From Auanema rhodensis (taxonomy: Eukaryota; Animalia; Nematoda): a stretch of DNA of 64,000 nt. Below are positions 1 through 13,783 of this stretch, in pieces; position 1 is the first letter of the stretch; every line of letters begins with the position of its first letter. The position numbers and the translations under genes are program-made. The stretch lies in contig OZ059895.1 of NCBI GenBank assembly GCA_964057225.1, forward strand, positions 16,864,001 through 16,928,000, in the 5' to 3' direction. The notes under the pieces were generated by a model. That model ran no database searches. It saw nothing but the letters and a program-made list of their open reading frames with translations, and was not told the DNA's origin.

Positions 1-50
<50 letters not shown>

Positions 51-234
51 AGTAGAAAAAATGTACGAGAAATGAAGTAGAATAGATTGTTGACATGTAA
101 AGTTTAAAAGCAAGAAAAGCAAATGAATAAAGTCAGTTACCATCTGGGTGGGAAGACATAGAGAAAGAGAATGAGAGATAAAGAGTTCTAATGAGGATTT
201 GAAATCTGTATTTCCCTTTTATTTGGTTCACCTA

Positions 235-292
<58 letters not shown>

Positions 293-1566
293 CAATATGT
301 TTTATTTAAAAAAATGAATTTGTTAGGAAGAAAAAGAAATAAAAACAAACAGAATCATCTTAACTATATGTTTAAAAGTATATCGTATAGTAAAGGTGGC
401 ATAATGTGATGTGACACCGAGAAGTCGTTGAGAAGGGAAGAATCACTGTGCTAATCGCTGCTTCATCGATTCTATCGAACTTACAGCTAAAGCTCAACAG
501 TTTCAACTTCAACATACGACTGGACAATGAACAATAGAACACCTCATGACATCATCCTATACCACTTGATACATGTTGATGTGGTTGGACGAATTCAGAA
601 GGATTACGATGTATGAACAGGCAGATAGTAATAGATGACAAGAACATCATTGTGATGATAATGTGAATAAGTAAGAACAACGACGTTGACAAGATGAGGA
701 GACGTAGATGATGATGAGATGAAGCCAGATGGGACACCCGATGCTGTATTCATCTTCATCTAGCCGCCATCATAAAGTTATTTCAATTGGTGTTGAGTTG
801 ATTTCTCTGGCACATCAGTGAAGATATATACTCATTGGTTTCAACTACCTTCTCTCTCTCTTTCTGTTTCAATAGCTCTCTCTCTCTGTTTTGAAATCTG
901 GCAAATGGATGACACACTAAACGAACGTCCTACGAAATTATAAATAAAATTTCTTAATTATATTAATATAAATAAATCACAAATAAGAAAATATGATAGA
1001 ATACAATTCAAATCTGATGAATAAGCAGTATCAGAGTAGTAGTAGCATGAGGAGTAACAGAAGGATGAGGACAATGAGGAAGACAAGAAGGGAGGGGCAT
1101 GAAGTTACGACGGCGACAACGACGACGACGATGACGACAATATTAGCGATTACGAATGCTTTCATCAATGGAAATTTTAGATGAAGTACGAAGATACAGA
1201 CATCGTATATCATATATCTTGCTTGAGTTTGATAAGCTGATACAAAGTTGATTATAGAAGAGAAAGAGCATCAGTATTAGGGTGGGGGGTGAGGGCAGAT
1301 GATGATGATGATGAGTTATATAAAGTATGAATGTAATACATGTGTATGCATATAAATGGTTAGTATGTAAAATAGAATATAAACATCATTTGACAAAAGT
1401 AAAAAAGAAAGAAAAAGTCCAAATTTGATATTTTGTGTAAAAGGTAAGAGAATAGCTATTCGTGTGTGAATGAATTTGAATAAATTAACGAGTACAGGTA
1501 TAGTTAATTCCATATAGAAATATTAGTTTTAAATTGAAAAATCGACATTTATGAATTTTCAAACCT

Positions 1567-1604
<38 letters not shown>

Positions 1605-1929
1605 TAAGAGGGCTACAGAGAGAGAGAAAGAAAGAAAGAGAAAGACAGCAGGAGAGGTAGGAAAAAGAGGAAGAGAGGGAATAAATGAAGCTAAACAGAG
1701 TGAACTGAAACATTCAATCTTTACATCTTCAATTAGATATAACTACTTATAACTATATGCATATGGTTAGTGAGTAGAATAATTGACTACTGTAACAATT
1801 ATGAAGCTAAGACACAGATATCTGGATGAACTATGCAAAATAGAACACACAAATTCTTTAAATCATTTCCTTATTCTTTTTCTCTCTTTATCTCTCAAGG
1901 TAGATTGAGAAAAATAGAGAAAGAGAGAG

Positions 1930-1975
<46 letters not shown>

Positions 1976-4900
1976 TATCAACTACATGGAGGTTTTGGGG
2001 AGTATATCAGATCAAAGCACTTGACAGTAGTTCATTCAATTTTCAGAACACTTTGAACTGTTTACTATTGCTTATTTCATTCTTCCTTCTATCTATAATA
2101 TCTCTCTCAATGACTCTCAGTTCAAACGTCTTCTGAAGCATGGAACTCAAAGTACAATCAATTTTACTATTTTGTCGGATTAAACGGCTGAGACAAATAG
2201 TTATGAACACCTGAATGCTTTATGTGACGTCATGCTGTTCGTGTCATGAGGTCACTGCTGTCGAAGAAGCTGGACAAGACAATCATTGGGTGACACAGTA
2301 TCGTACAGACAAAGCATCAGCATGGCACTGGCATGTTCAGCTTGAATTGGTCTGGCATATGGTACTGTCTGCATTGACTGTCTGAATAACTGTGTGAAGC
2401 TGTGAATGAGATTTCAGCTAGAACTGACGATGGAACCGTTAGCACAGAGGCTGAAGTCGTGGAGAGGCAGACTAGGGTGCCGAGGGGAACAAGCAGGGGT
2501 GCTGATGATGAGTTGAGCAAATTGGAGGCCAAATAAGGTTAACGCCAGACGGCCACTGCCGACAGCTAATGACGCGCACATAATTTGGTGCGAGAGGCTA
2601 TGGAATGAGAAAAATAGAAAATGAGGGTCAAAAGAGGGAAGGGAGGGACAAGATAGAGAGATAAAGAAAAAGAGAAACAAATATAGAGGGAGAAAAAAAG
2701 AAAGAAAGAGAGAGAGGGTAAGTGTGTTGGGACTACAAGAAGAATATACAGAGCTGCACACAAACTCTTTGAGTCAGGATGGCAGCGCCGACGACGACAA
2801 CGACGACGACGACGTCGGTCGAAGGCGGTTGACAATGCTGATGAGATGATGAGGATGATGAGGAGGAAAGGGGAGGAGACTTCATGCCGAATGAAATGGG
2901 AATTGGAAATAGGCAATATACATTATTACCATATACGGTGAACAACTTTGTTAACGCCAACAAATATTTTAAGGCGAATGTGCCTCATGAAGTTAGTGGT
3001 TTTAAGCTTAAAAGGAGACATACAAAGATAGAGAGAAAGGAATAGTTTTTTTTTGAAAAGATGGTATATGAATCTGATGTGAACGTTGTCGTCGTTGACG
3101 TCTAGAATTGTATAAGATAGTTGAGTTATTCGAAAGAAGAACATGATGTATGAAATGAGATGACATAGCTCATCAACTCATCAGCATCATCAACATCATC
3201 AGACATGCTTCATCATTATTACAGTTATTCTTCATGTGCTAACGAATCATCAATTGAAATAGAAGAGGAGAGTTAGAAAGAGAGAGAGATAGAGAGGGAG
3301 AGGGAGAGAGAGAAAAGGAGATTGAGATATAGAGAGAGAGAGAGAGAAGAATTTTTTTTTGTGAAAAAGAAAATTTAAAATGAAATAAATCTAATTTAAT
3401 GCTTTAAAACTGCCATCATGCTCATCATAATTACATTTTTTTGTTATTTTCAGCTTGATAGTCAGTTAGCTGTGGACGAACAGCAATAGAGAAAACAGAC
3501 ATGAAGTTCATTTGGATAACACATAGATATAGATAATATTTATGATTTGTCTCTCTGAAAACTAGAGCATAACCATTTGTAAAATTTGAGAAAAAGGCGA
3601 AACAATTCCATTTATGCTCAAAGCTTTAAGGTTATGCTTCAAGCTGTAAGAAAAAGTACAAGGTGTGAGAGAGAGAGAAGGAGAGTAAGGAGTTTATGAG
3701 ATGGTACTACAGGCAATACTAACTAAATCTATGATGTAAGTACAGATGAAGATATCAAAGATCGTTCATTTTCATTCAAAACTCTTTGGGATTCATGTTT
3801 TCCGTTTCTTTTTTTTTTTGAAGAAAAATGATTGAAAGAAGAGAAATTGGATTCGTAATATGCATAAGAAGAGGAAAGGAAGGTAATAGATTAAATCACT
3901 AGTAAGTATACGGTAGGTTGAGGTGATAAAAAGCTGAAAAAATGGAAAAAAAAGTTGATTTAGGAGGGATTCGGAATGAGGTAAACAGATGTAGTAATTC
4001 ATAATTTCTTGATTTTCAGAAGCTGAATCCAATTTCCCTTTGAATTTAAACGAATAACTTAATAGAAAATGAAGAATAGACGCTTCGAGAAAGATTGAGA
4101 AATACGAAGAGATAAAGAGAGCAGAGGTTAAGGAGAGAGGAAGAATATAGATGAAGATAAGAGAATTCTAGAGTGCAAAAGAGAGAGAGAGAAAGAGAGA
4201 GAGAAGTAGTGGCTACGGCTTCCTAGGTAAGAGAGAGAGAGAGCGAACTTCTGAAAGATTGGTGATGAACAACAAGCCGAGTGCTTCAGCCACAAAAGGC
4301 AAATTGGCAAGATAACGGAAGTCGGCAGGTGCGAACAGGTGGAGGAACGGACGTTGTCTCCGGATCATAGTCATCAGGCTGTTGCCGGACCGGCGTTAAC
4401 ACATGCTGTGGGGCGTTGACGTTTGTTTTACGGAAAAATCTGACGAAGGAGAGCTGTTGGAAGAAGAGGGCTAGAGCAAGGATGATGGAAGAGTAGAAGA
4501 AGAGGGCAAGACGATGTGATGAAACATGAAATGGATTCGTTGTCCAAGAGAGGATGAGAAGAAAATAAAAACTATGTCACATAGTTAGGAGATAGATGAT
4601 GAGTTGAAGCGGAGATAGTTAACTATGTGATGGCATAGAGATAGGGACTAAAGCATAAACTAGCGATTAGGAATATGCGTATTCAATGAAATTTCCAAGG
4701 CAATATGTAAGCTGATTGCTAAAATTATCCACACTATCTATTGGAATAAATAGATGTAAAGAGAGAGAGAGAGGGAGGGAAAGAGATAGAGAGAGAGAAA
4801 GCTTCACTAAGCAGTTTCGTCAAATATCGTGAAGAAAGACACGTTGCTTCTTCTAAGCTTATCCGTATATAATCTTGTCTAGTCAATGAGTTAAAGCTTT

Positions 4901-7839
4901 AATACCGTTAATACCATGTTCTATCTATGAATGGTGCAGTTAAACATAAAATTATTGTTTTTAACTATATGAATATAATTAATTTATAAGATAATGATGA
5001 AGCATTGAGTAGTTTGCAAAGTTTTCTAGGCGGTAGCTGGTCCCAAACTTGTTGTAGTTTAGGGTGGGGCAACTAGAAATTAGGCAACTCGAGCTTTAAT
5101 CCAATCTGGAGTGAATTAGCTAATTGTGCATTGGATGGTTGAGAGAGAGCAAGAGAGAGAGAGAGAAAGAGAGAGGCAGTCATTCGAAGGAAACGTTTGA
5201 ACGAGGGAGAGATGACTAGAGATGATGATATAGTACATGAATTAAGAAGAGAAATGAAAAAGAAAAAACAGAAAACGAGAGGAAGAGAGAGAGGGAGAGA
5301 GACTGTAAGAGAAAAAGAGGAATAGTAGAAAGAATGAACAGCTGAGATAGTCAAGAAGATGGTTAACGGTAGGTGCTAGAGACCAGATGTTAAAAAGCAT
5401 CTACCGCAACTGAATTGTTTTGGCAAAAAAAAACAAAACAATTATAACGCAAAATGCATCATAAAGTTTATAAATTTGTTAAATTTAATAAACTATATCA
5501 TATAAATAGCATAATTAAAGATATTTGATACAAATAGGATTAGTGCATATATGCATGTAGTGCTAGTTAGAGCTTAAGATATGAAGACCGTACTGGCGAA
5601 CGGGGGCTATGAGGCTAGACGAAGGACGGCTGTCAACTGGCTAGTAGATTCATTGCTTCAGAAGCAATGCTGGAGAAAACCATAATAATCAGCAAATTTC
5701 ATGGCGTTTTTTGTTTTTTTTTTGTCAAAAAAATCAGCAAAAAAACTTTTTTTTTGAGACAAGACAATCATGTTATCTTATTAGGTTGAATTGTTCACGA
5801 ACGAAGCAAATCATCTGACTAGGTCTCAATTCCTAAACTTCATAAATCTGCTAAACGAAAGAACAAACAAGTCAGCTTGAAGATAAGACGACTACAAGAA
5901 AGAAAGAGAGAGAGAGTAAGAGAGAGAAAGTAAAAAATGAGAGAGAGAGAGTGAGTTCAAAGATACTTTCTACTACTACTAAGAACCCAAGAAAGACAAG
6001 CTGTGTCTTGTTCCAGCCAATATTGCTTGTTCACAAAGGTATAAATTTGGAATTTGTTTGTTGATGAACTGGAAAACGTCTAGAGTATGAAGATAATGGT
6101 TTGAGAATGGCAACCTATCAGCAGGCTTCTATTCATATGATTAAGCTGTAAATAAGATGGTAGAAGAGATGAGATGTAACTTAATGGAGAAGGTACGATG
6201 ATGGTTGTTGCATACTTCACACCTGAATCTAATGCATGAAGGATTACAGTGACATAGATTTGAAGAATTAAATGCTTGTTCAGGAAATGAATGTACAACA
6301 TCTTACATGTATCTTTGGTTGCATCACACCTGTTCCATCAGCAACTGTATGATCTTCATCCACGTGCCAACTGGCAAGCGTCTGGAGTGACGTCAACTGT
6401 ATGTATAATGCGGTACATGGCAACAGCTTCAGATGACAAATGAGGTGGCGAAGTGACATATAGGCAATGAGGCAAAATACAAGATGATCATAGGATGTGA
6501 ATGAGAGTTATCTTCAGAACATTAGACACAGAAGTGGACAGCTGGTGCTTAACTCATTGGTGCTACTGCTGCGGTAAGGATGGTGGTGGTCGTGGTAGGG
6601 TGGTAGGATCGGGGGAGGCAGAAGGGGTTTAACCTTCGGTAGGCCGTTCAACTAGCCTGCTTGTCTTCCTACTCTTCATCTCATTTGGTAAGCAATTGAT
6701 TCAAGTCATCAACTTCGTAGCCTAATGAGATTAGCCGAGAAGAAGAGCAGAAGCAGCCGATTAGGCTGCTCCTTACAACTATCTTTTCCCTTCTCTACCT
6801 CTTCTTCTACTCTCTATCTTTTTCAATCTATCTCCCTCTCTCTCTCTCTTCTTGTATCTTTCAGAGCATGTTATGATGATTCTATAGTAAGATACGGCAT
6901 ATCAAGCATTAAAACTTGAAGAGGAATAGCAGCCAACTAATCTAATCTCTTGTACTTTGAAAAAGTAAAATCAAATCTCATCAGAATTCAACGAATTAAT
7001 TGATATAAAGCCAAAAAAAGTGGAAGGACAAACAAGGAAGTAGAAAAAGGAGAAGAGAGAGAGAGAAATAGAGAGGGCAAAGACGAGAGAAAAACTACAA
7101 ATGTTTCTGAAAATCAGAAGATCATGAACAATCTTTCTCAGCTGGTACGTCTCGTTCACAACATGATCTCCATTTGCTCTAATCGTGTATATCTCAGCTG
7201 ATACAAACCAAAAGTACTATGGTTCATGCTGTGAGGTATTGTGAAAACCTGAGATTGAGCCTGAACATGATGATCATGACCAAAATTACTAAGCTGCTGC
7301 TGCTTACTGGAATTCGTTGTTGCCATAGCCGATTAAAGAAAGTTGTGTATGACTATTCCTCACCGGAAGACTTGGTCCGGCAAATTAAGGCAGGCCGTCT
7401 AATCATTTGTCCAAATTAGGCATCCGTAATGCCGATTCTCTAATTTTGTAAACATCTGGAGAGCTTTCGTTCGTCCTTGTTCTCTTCTTCTTCTTCCTCT
7501 TCATCAACATCACCCCTCATCATCATGGTCATCATCATCATCATCATCATCAACACATTCGGTATGCTAACAAGCTACATGGACAAGCTTGAAGAAAGCT
7601 GAGCTTAAGCATAACGAATATATAATGATGATGATAATTTAATAAAAATTCATAAAAATTCAATTAATAATAAAAGTTGAAGTTGAAATAGAGGTTCTTA
7701 AGATCAATAAGATAGAGGGAGAGAGAGATAGATAAAAAGAGAGAAAAAGAGAGAGAAAGAGAGAGAGAAAGAGAGAAAGAAGGTAAAGAGGGAAAAATAA
7801 AAAAAAACTGTCAATATTGATTGCAGAACTATCAAGTTG

Positions 7840-7913
7840 CAACCGTGTTCATATCAACTGCAAGCGATAAATGAATTAGTTCACGTCTAAATGACGGCAA
7901 AATCACGTGAAAT
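7840..7913 (+). promoter_or_regulatory. Dispersed CAACCG...ACGTGAAAT module, copy 1
   Basis: CAACCG 7840; AAATGAATTAGTTCACGT 7869-7886; TCACGTGAAAT 7903-7913. Confidence 0.5.
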
Positions 7914-8495
7914 CTCATCTTATCTTCAGATTATTTTAATGAAAACTATGGAAATATTTATAAATATAGCTATGATATATAAAAATATATATTATATCAT
8001 ATAGTATTATATATAATAAAAAATTTAAATTTCATAAAAACGAATATTGGAAAAGATGATGATGATGACGATCATCAATCAAACTTTTCTGTGCAACATT
8101 ATCAAAATATCTTATAATCTGATTTTGTAAAATATTGATTGAAATTTAAAAAAAGTTATATGATATAGTATAATAGATTATTATATATTATACTATACTA
8201 TACTATATAAACTAAATATTTTTGCTTTATTTCATATGAGAATCAATGAAAAAAAATTATTTCAATGTTTAATCCTCATCGAAATTAAGTTCACACAAAC
8301 TGTAGGCAATTTGCTTGAAAATGATTGCTAATTCATACTCATCTACAGCCTAATTAGTAGTAGAAGATAGTATATGAGTATACGGTAGCATAATTAGTGT
8401 CTTAAATATCAAAATTATTGTTTCGTTTTGTTGTGTTTCGCGTATGAGATGAGAAATTCAACATTGTTCAGGTTTCGCATAAGTATAGCATGAAT

Positions 8496-8538
<43 letters not shown>

Positions 8539-9411
8539 CACAACATTCTCACACATTCATCCATCCACAACAACACATATAAACATATGTAGTTCAGACA
8601 TCCCCCCCCCCCCGATACAGACTGATTGGCTTGTCTGGCCGATAGAGCTCAACACATGCATCTGATGACCTGAGCATTATGCTGACCATTGTGTATGTGT
8701 CGGATATCGTTCTTAAAGAGAATAATTGAAGAGATGTGACAAGATCATATTCAATTGACCTTACAAGACAATCGAGATGTCTACACCTTGTTAAAGCATT
8801 GTGATCAGTCTTAATGCTTTTTCGAATTTAAGTTCTAACCTTATGAACTTGATCATTATTGCTTATTTCAAACGTTCAAGCTTGATATGACTTTGCTCTT
8901 GTTGCTCTTTGAAGTCTTATTCCATGATTCAGAATGAGACTGAAGAAATCTAAGATTGAAAATTCATAATGTAGACTGGATAGTAATTTAAGGAGAAAAA
9001 AATATCAAATTGAAATTGAGAAAGAGAAAGAGTTTCAACTTGAAATTAAGAGACAACGCTGTGCACGATTGAGGCGTTAAAGCATTAAGCGGCAGAGCCC
9101 TCAGGTTAGAGCTCTCCTGAAATTGCGACATCTCAGTAGGCGACGAACCGTAAAATTGGGCCCAATAAGCATTTCAGCATTAGTTTCCTCACTTCCAAAC
9201 CTCAAATTCACTAACTAACTAATCAATAGAATAAAAATTTTAAAAATTAATATAAAATACAAATTGGTGGCACCCCCTGAGGCAGCAAAAGAATTTGACA
9301 GAGAGAGAGGGAGAGAGGAGAAGAGGGAAGAGAGAGATGCTGTGGATGAAAAGTGTCAAGCTAGGTGAGTGGAATAGCTGAATGAGCGTATGGTTGAGTG
9401 ACTATATTATA

Positions 9412-9453
<42 letters not shown>

Positions 9454-9956
9454 ATGTAATAGTTAATTTGAAAATTTTTATAATTGAATCCACAAAATAT
9501 GTATTCAATCGTTCAAAAGTTGAGAGGAAAAGCATATAAGAGAAGAAGAGGGACTGACAAAGAGAGAGAGCTAGAGAGAGAGAAAGTTTGAATATGATGG
9601 AAAATCATCATAGCTTCTCATCTAATTTGAATATAAAGCTTAAAACTGATTAGATGATGTTGATGAAGGATGGTGAAGAGTAAGGAAAAGGACATGAAAG
9701 AGTGCATATAAGCTGAGAGAGAGAGAGAAAAAAAGAGAGAAAAGAGAGCAATGACGATGTTCTTTCGAAAATTATGTGTTAAATCAACTAGTTAGTACCA
9801 TCTGCTTATTTCGTTATAAGGTTATGTCAAATTGAAGAGATAATGAAAGATGTTGTAGAAAGAATAAAAGGACCCCCTGGCTAGATAGATGAAAAGAAAG
9901 GGCAAAAAGCATAAGAGAAAGCATGAATAGATAACAGAGAAAAGGATAGAAAGAGA

Positions 9957-10020
<64 letters not shown>

Positions 10021-13000
10021 AATGAGAAGTAGAAGAAGAACAAAAATAGCAATTTGACATCTGAATATGAATTACTGGATTAAGACGATGATGAGATAAA
10101 GAGGGAGAGCACAACGAGCAGGAGGCCAAGTCGGTCTGTCTGGTTGTACAGGAAAGTAACAAACCCCAGCTAGTCATGAAGTGAATTCAAACACAGATCA
10201 AAGAATACAAATGGATGGAGAGGGAGATGATGGCCAGAGGGGATATAGATAGATAGTTAGAACAGCCACACATACGGCTTACATAATTTGTAGCCAATAA
10301 GGAGAAGCGTGCATTAGGGTCAAAGAGGCTGAGGTGTGACTAGTTAAGGGAATACGGTAGCTTTTTCAAATGTGATGAGGCCACTACGATAGATGGGGTG
10401 AGAGAGAAAGAGAGATAGAAACAGAAAGAGCATGCTTCATGAGGAGGCAGAGACAGAGCGGCTGACGAGGGGGGGGGGGTCGAAGAAGACAACGAACACA
10501 TAAGATGAATGAGAAGCAATGGAACGTAGTGAAGTGTTGCAACATAGGTAACAAGTTAACACAGCAGAAGTAAGATGAACAATCACAACAATGATTGAAG
10601 CTTATATGCTGTATGACAGGTGTAACTCAGCAGTGCAACAGTCTGAACCTGATGGTATGAAGCAGTATGTTTTGACGGAGTTCACACACATATGCAACGC
10701 TCATACATGTATTTACTGAAAAAGACGACGAAAACTTGAACTCTGAACAAATTATCATAACTTGACCGGCGAGCTCAAAAGCAGAAGCAACAACAGTAGG
10801 ATAAATGAAAAAGGAAATGACAAAATTAGGGAGATAGAGAGAGAAATAGAGAGAGAGAGGGAGATGGCGAGCAAGGAAGAAGAAATGAGAGAATGAGCAA
10901 GTAGAAAGAAACAGCTGAAGTTAGTCGCGAAGATTACTCAGATGAATAGAAATTGTATAAAAGTGGACGAAATAAGCTGCGCAAGCTAGTTTAGCTTAGT
11001 TAAGCAGATGATGAACTATGAATCAACGAATATGTATAAATGAAATAATGTGAAGTTCACGAAGGGATTCAGATTCTGATTCAGCTATTTCATGATCTAT
11101 CATGTAGAGAATGCTCATTTACTATGATTTTGAGCAGTATGAACGAACATATAGTAATCTAAACTATGCGGCATAGTTAGAAAAGGTGGAAGACGTAGCA
11201 TTTACAAATAAGGAAATGATCTTGCTTTGTGTGTATATGATAAGCTTCACAGTTTCTGAAGGATTTTCATGTTATATTCTTCGAGATGCTTTGAACTTTT
11301 GATTTTGAAGATGTCGATGACTTGAAGAAAACTATAGAATAAGAATGGAATGATGATGAAATGAGAAAAGGAATTAGGATGACGAAGTGACGGGAATCTG
11401 AAGTTGAAAGGCTAATATGGTTGATGAAGAGGCTAAAGCTACAGTGAGAGATGAGGGTGAGAAGAAGAGAAGATGTTGAAAAAGATAATGACAGAGGAAG
11501 TTAATCGTCATGAAATTTTGTGGCTCATTGTCGGCATCATCTATGATTTGTTTCGAGTCTCTGAGGCTGTCCGGCCAAAATTAGGGATGTCAAGCCTATA
11601 CAAGAGTAGACGAGAAACGAAGAAAAGAGGGTGAGAAGATGAACATGTCTAAGCTTAGCATAGCTTGAAACGGAAAAGCTTTAAGGCTCATCAGCTTCTT
11701 GTTATAATATTGAATTACTAGCGATGTGCTATATCTTCGGCGAAGCGCAGATTCTGATTAGTTATAGTCGTCAACGATGCTGATCATCATCATCATCATC
11801 ATCATCATCATGAGCATGATGAGGACAACGACCGCGGAAAGACAATGATGACGACAAGAACAGGGGTATGAACTTCTAGTACGACGATGATGACGACAGT
11901 CTGAAGCTTTTGAAAATGATGAGCAGCTATATGAGACGATGTACTCAATCCGTTGAGATCACATCAAGTTTGAGACAGTAATAGCAATGTTCTAACGATG
12001 TTGAAGCTTTGAAACAAATAGCTAAGACAAGATAAAAGATGAGCAGTGATAAGAAGCTTATAAGACTAGATCAAGAAGAACACCGAAAATCATTTTTATG
12101 TTTTTCTCGTCATGGCACAGCCAGCAATAGATAGACTGGCACTTGGTGTAGTATGTGGATAAAACAGTAAAGGTCATGAAGATGAAGAGATGGAAATCGG
12201 CCGGAAGCATCTTGTAAACAGATCATGATATCAGAGAAACTAGCTGAGCTTGTTGAACGAACTATTGTAAAGAACAACATGTTGATTTACAGATCTGAAG
12301 GTACTTTGATGTCAAGATGGGGTAAGCGATTGCTTCGGCTTTAATCAGTTGCAGCTGAATATATCCGATAAGCTGAGAAACAACTTGTAAGCTGTGTAAG
12401 TGTAGAAATTAGGTAAAACATAGTAACAAAGAAAAGAAAAGAAAAAGAAGAGAAGGTGAGAATAGGGAGGAGGTGATGTCTGGTAGGATTCATCGGCCAT
12501 GAAAAGGGAAAATCGAGGACTTTCCGTTCCAACTGCTAGGTATCGAAGGCGACAAAAGACGGTGAATGAGGAAGAGGGATGGAGAAGGGAGGTTGATGCA
12601 ATGCAGAATGAAAACCAAAGAGAGAGAAAGAGGTAAAGAAAGAGAGAAACAGTATGCAAATAGAAGAGGAAGAGAGAAAAAGAGAAAAAGACATACATAT
12701 GAGGGTTAATAAATTAGAAAGGGCGTGAATTATCCTATGTATGTGCGGTAGAATCTAAGCTCTGCTCCGGTTAGAAATGAATTCAACCGGTCTCACGCTC
12801 AATTTCACATCTGCAGGCTGTGGCTTGAATGCTATTAACAGGGGCGAAAGACAAGAAGATAGATAGATATATAGAAACATATATAGAGAGAGACATAGAG
12901 AGAAACAGAAAAGTGGAGAATCAGGTAGAAGATGATGTTGAGATGAGCACGACATGAAAGAACAGTGATTCACTGAAAACAAGGCAAAAGCTAGATTGTA

Positions 13001-13148
13001 TTCAGAGAATACATGTATGATCCGAGTAAGTGACGGACAAAGTCAAAAAGAATTTATCCGAATAGATGTTGATGAATATTCAGTTCGAATACACCTTACT
13101 TGCAATAGCTTGAAAATAACTTGGCTAATCATTTCAAATTTTTCTTTT

Positions 13149-13185
<37 letters not shown>

Positions 13186-13706
13186 ATAAGCTAGTAGTGC
13201 TCAAGTGAATAACCTGAAGCAGATGATGATGATGATGAGGATGATGATGCAATTATCTCATAGTAGATTTGAAGATGCTTCAACTGACTTGTTGAAATTC
13301 AGATAATCGGGAATGAGAAAATGCATTTTTCATCATAATCAAGTAAATGAAGATGTGTAGTCGTAGATAAATGGAAAGAAACGATAGAATTTGAATTTTA
13401 GAAGAGAAGGAAGAGGAAAAATAGAGGTGAAGGGGTAGAGAGAGAAGAAGCTGAACAAATTGTTAAATTTAGCGACTTGACACACTTGAATAAGTATCGA
13501 ACATTAAGGTTCACATGAATAAAACTAATGAGAAAAAAATTGAAGCTGGAAGATTACGAGAGAAACAAGACAAAAGTGAGAGAGAGAGAGAGAGAAAGAA
13601 AGAGAGAGGGAGAGAGAGAGAAAAAGAGAGAGAGGGAGGGAGGGAGAGAGAGAGAGAGAGAATTTAGAGATAGAGAGAAGATGAAAAGGGAGATACGTAC
13701 CGAGCA

Positions 13707-13783
13707 CAACCGTTCCCTATAAGAAAAAAGAAAAATGAAAGAAAATTGAAAATGAATTTTTCACGTAAAACGTCATCACGTGG
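13707..13783 (+). promoter_or_regulatory. Dispersed CAACCG...ACGT-cluster module, copy 2
   Basis: CAACCG 13707; AAATGAATTTTTCACGTAAAACGTCATCACGTGG ending at 13783. Confidence 0.5.

Noticed and set aside
2418-2536. Possible plus-strand terminal exon after ATTTCAG (RTDDGTVSTEAEVVER...LEAK*)
   Set aside because: No upstream partner exon and no recognisable protein; fits a GC-rich regulatory island equally well
8651-8700. Imperfect ~50-nt hairpin (ACACATGCA...TGTATGTGT) as pre-miRNA
   Set aside because: Short, bulged and matches no miRNA I recognise
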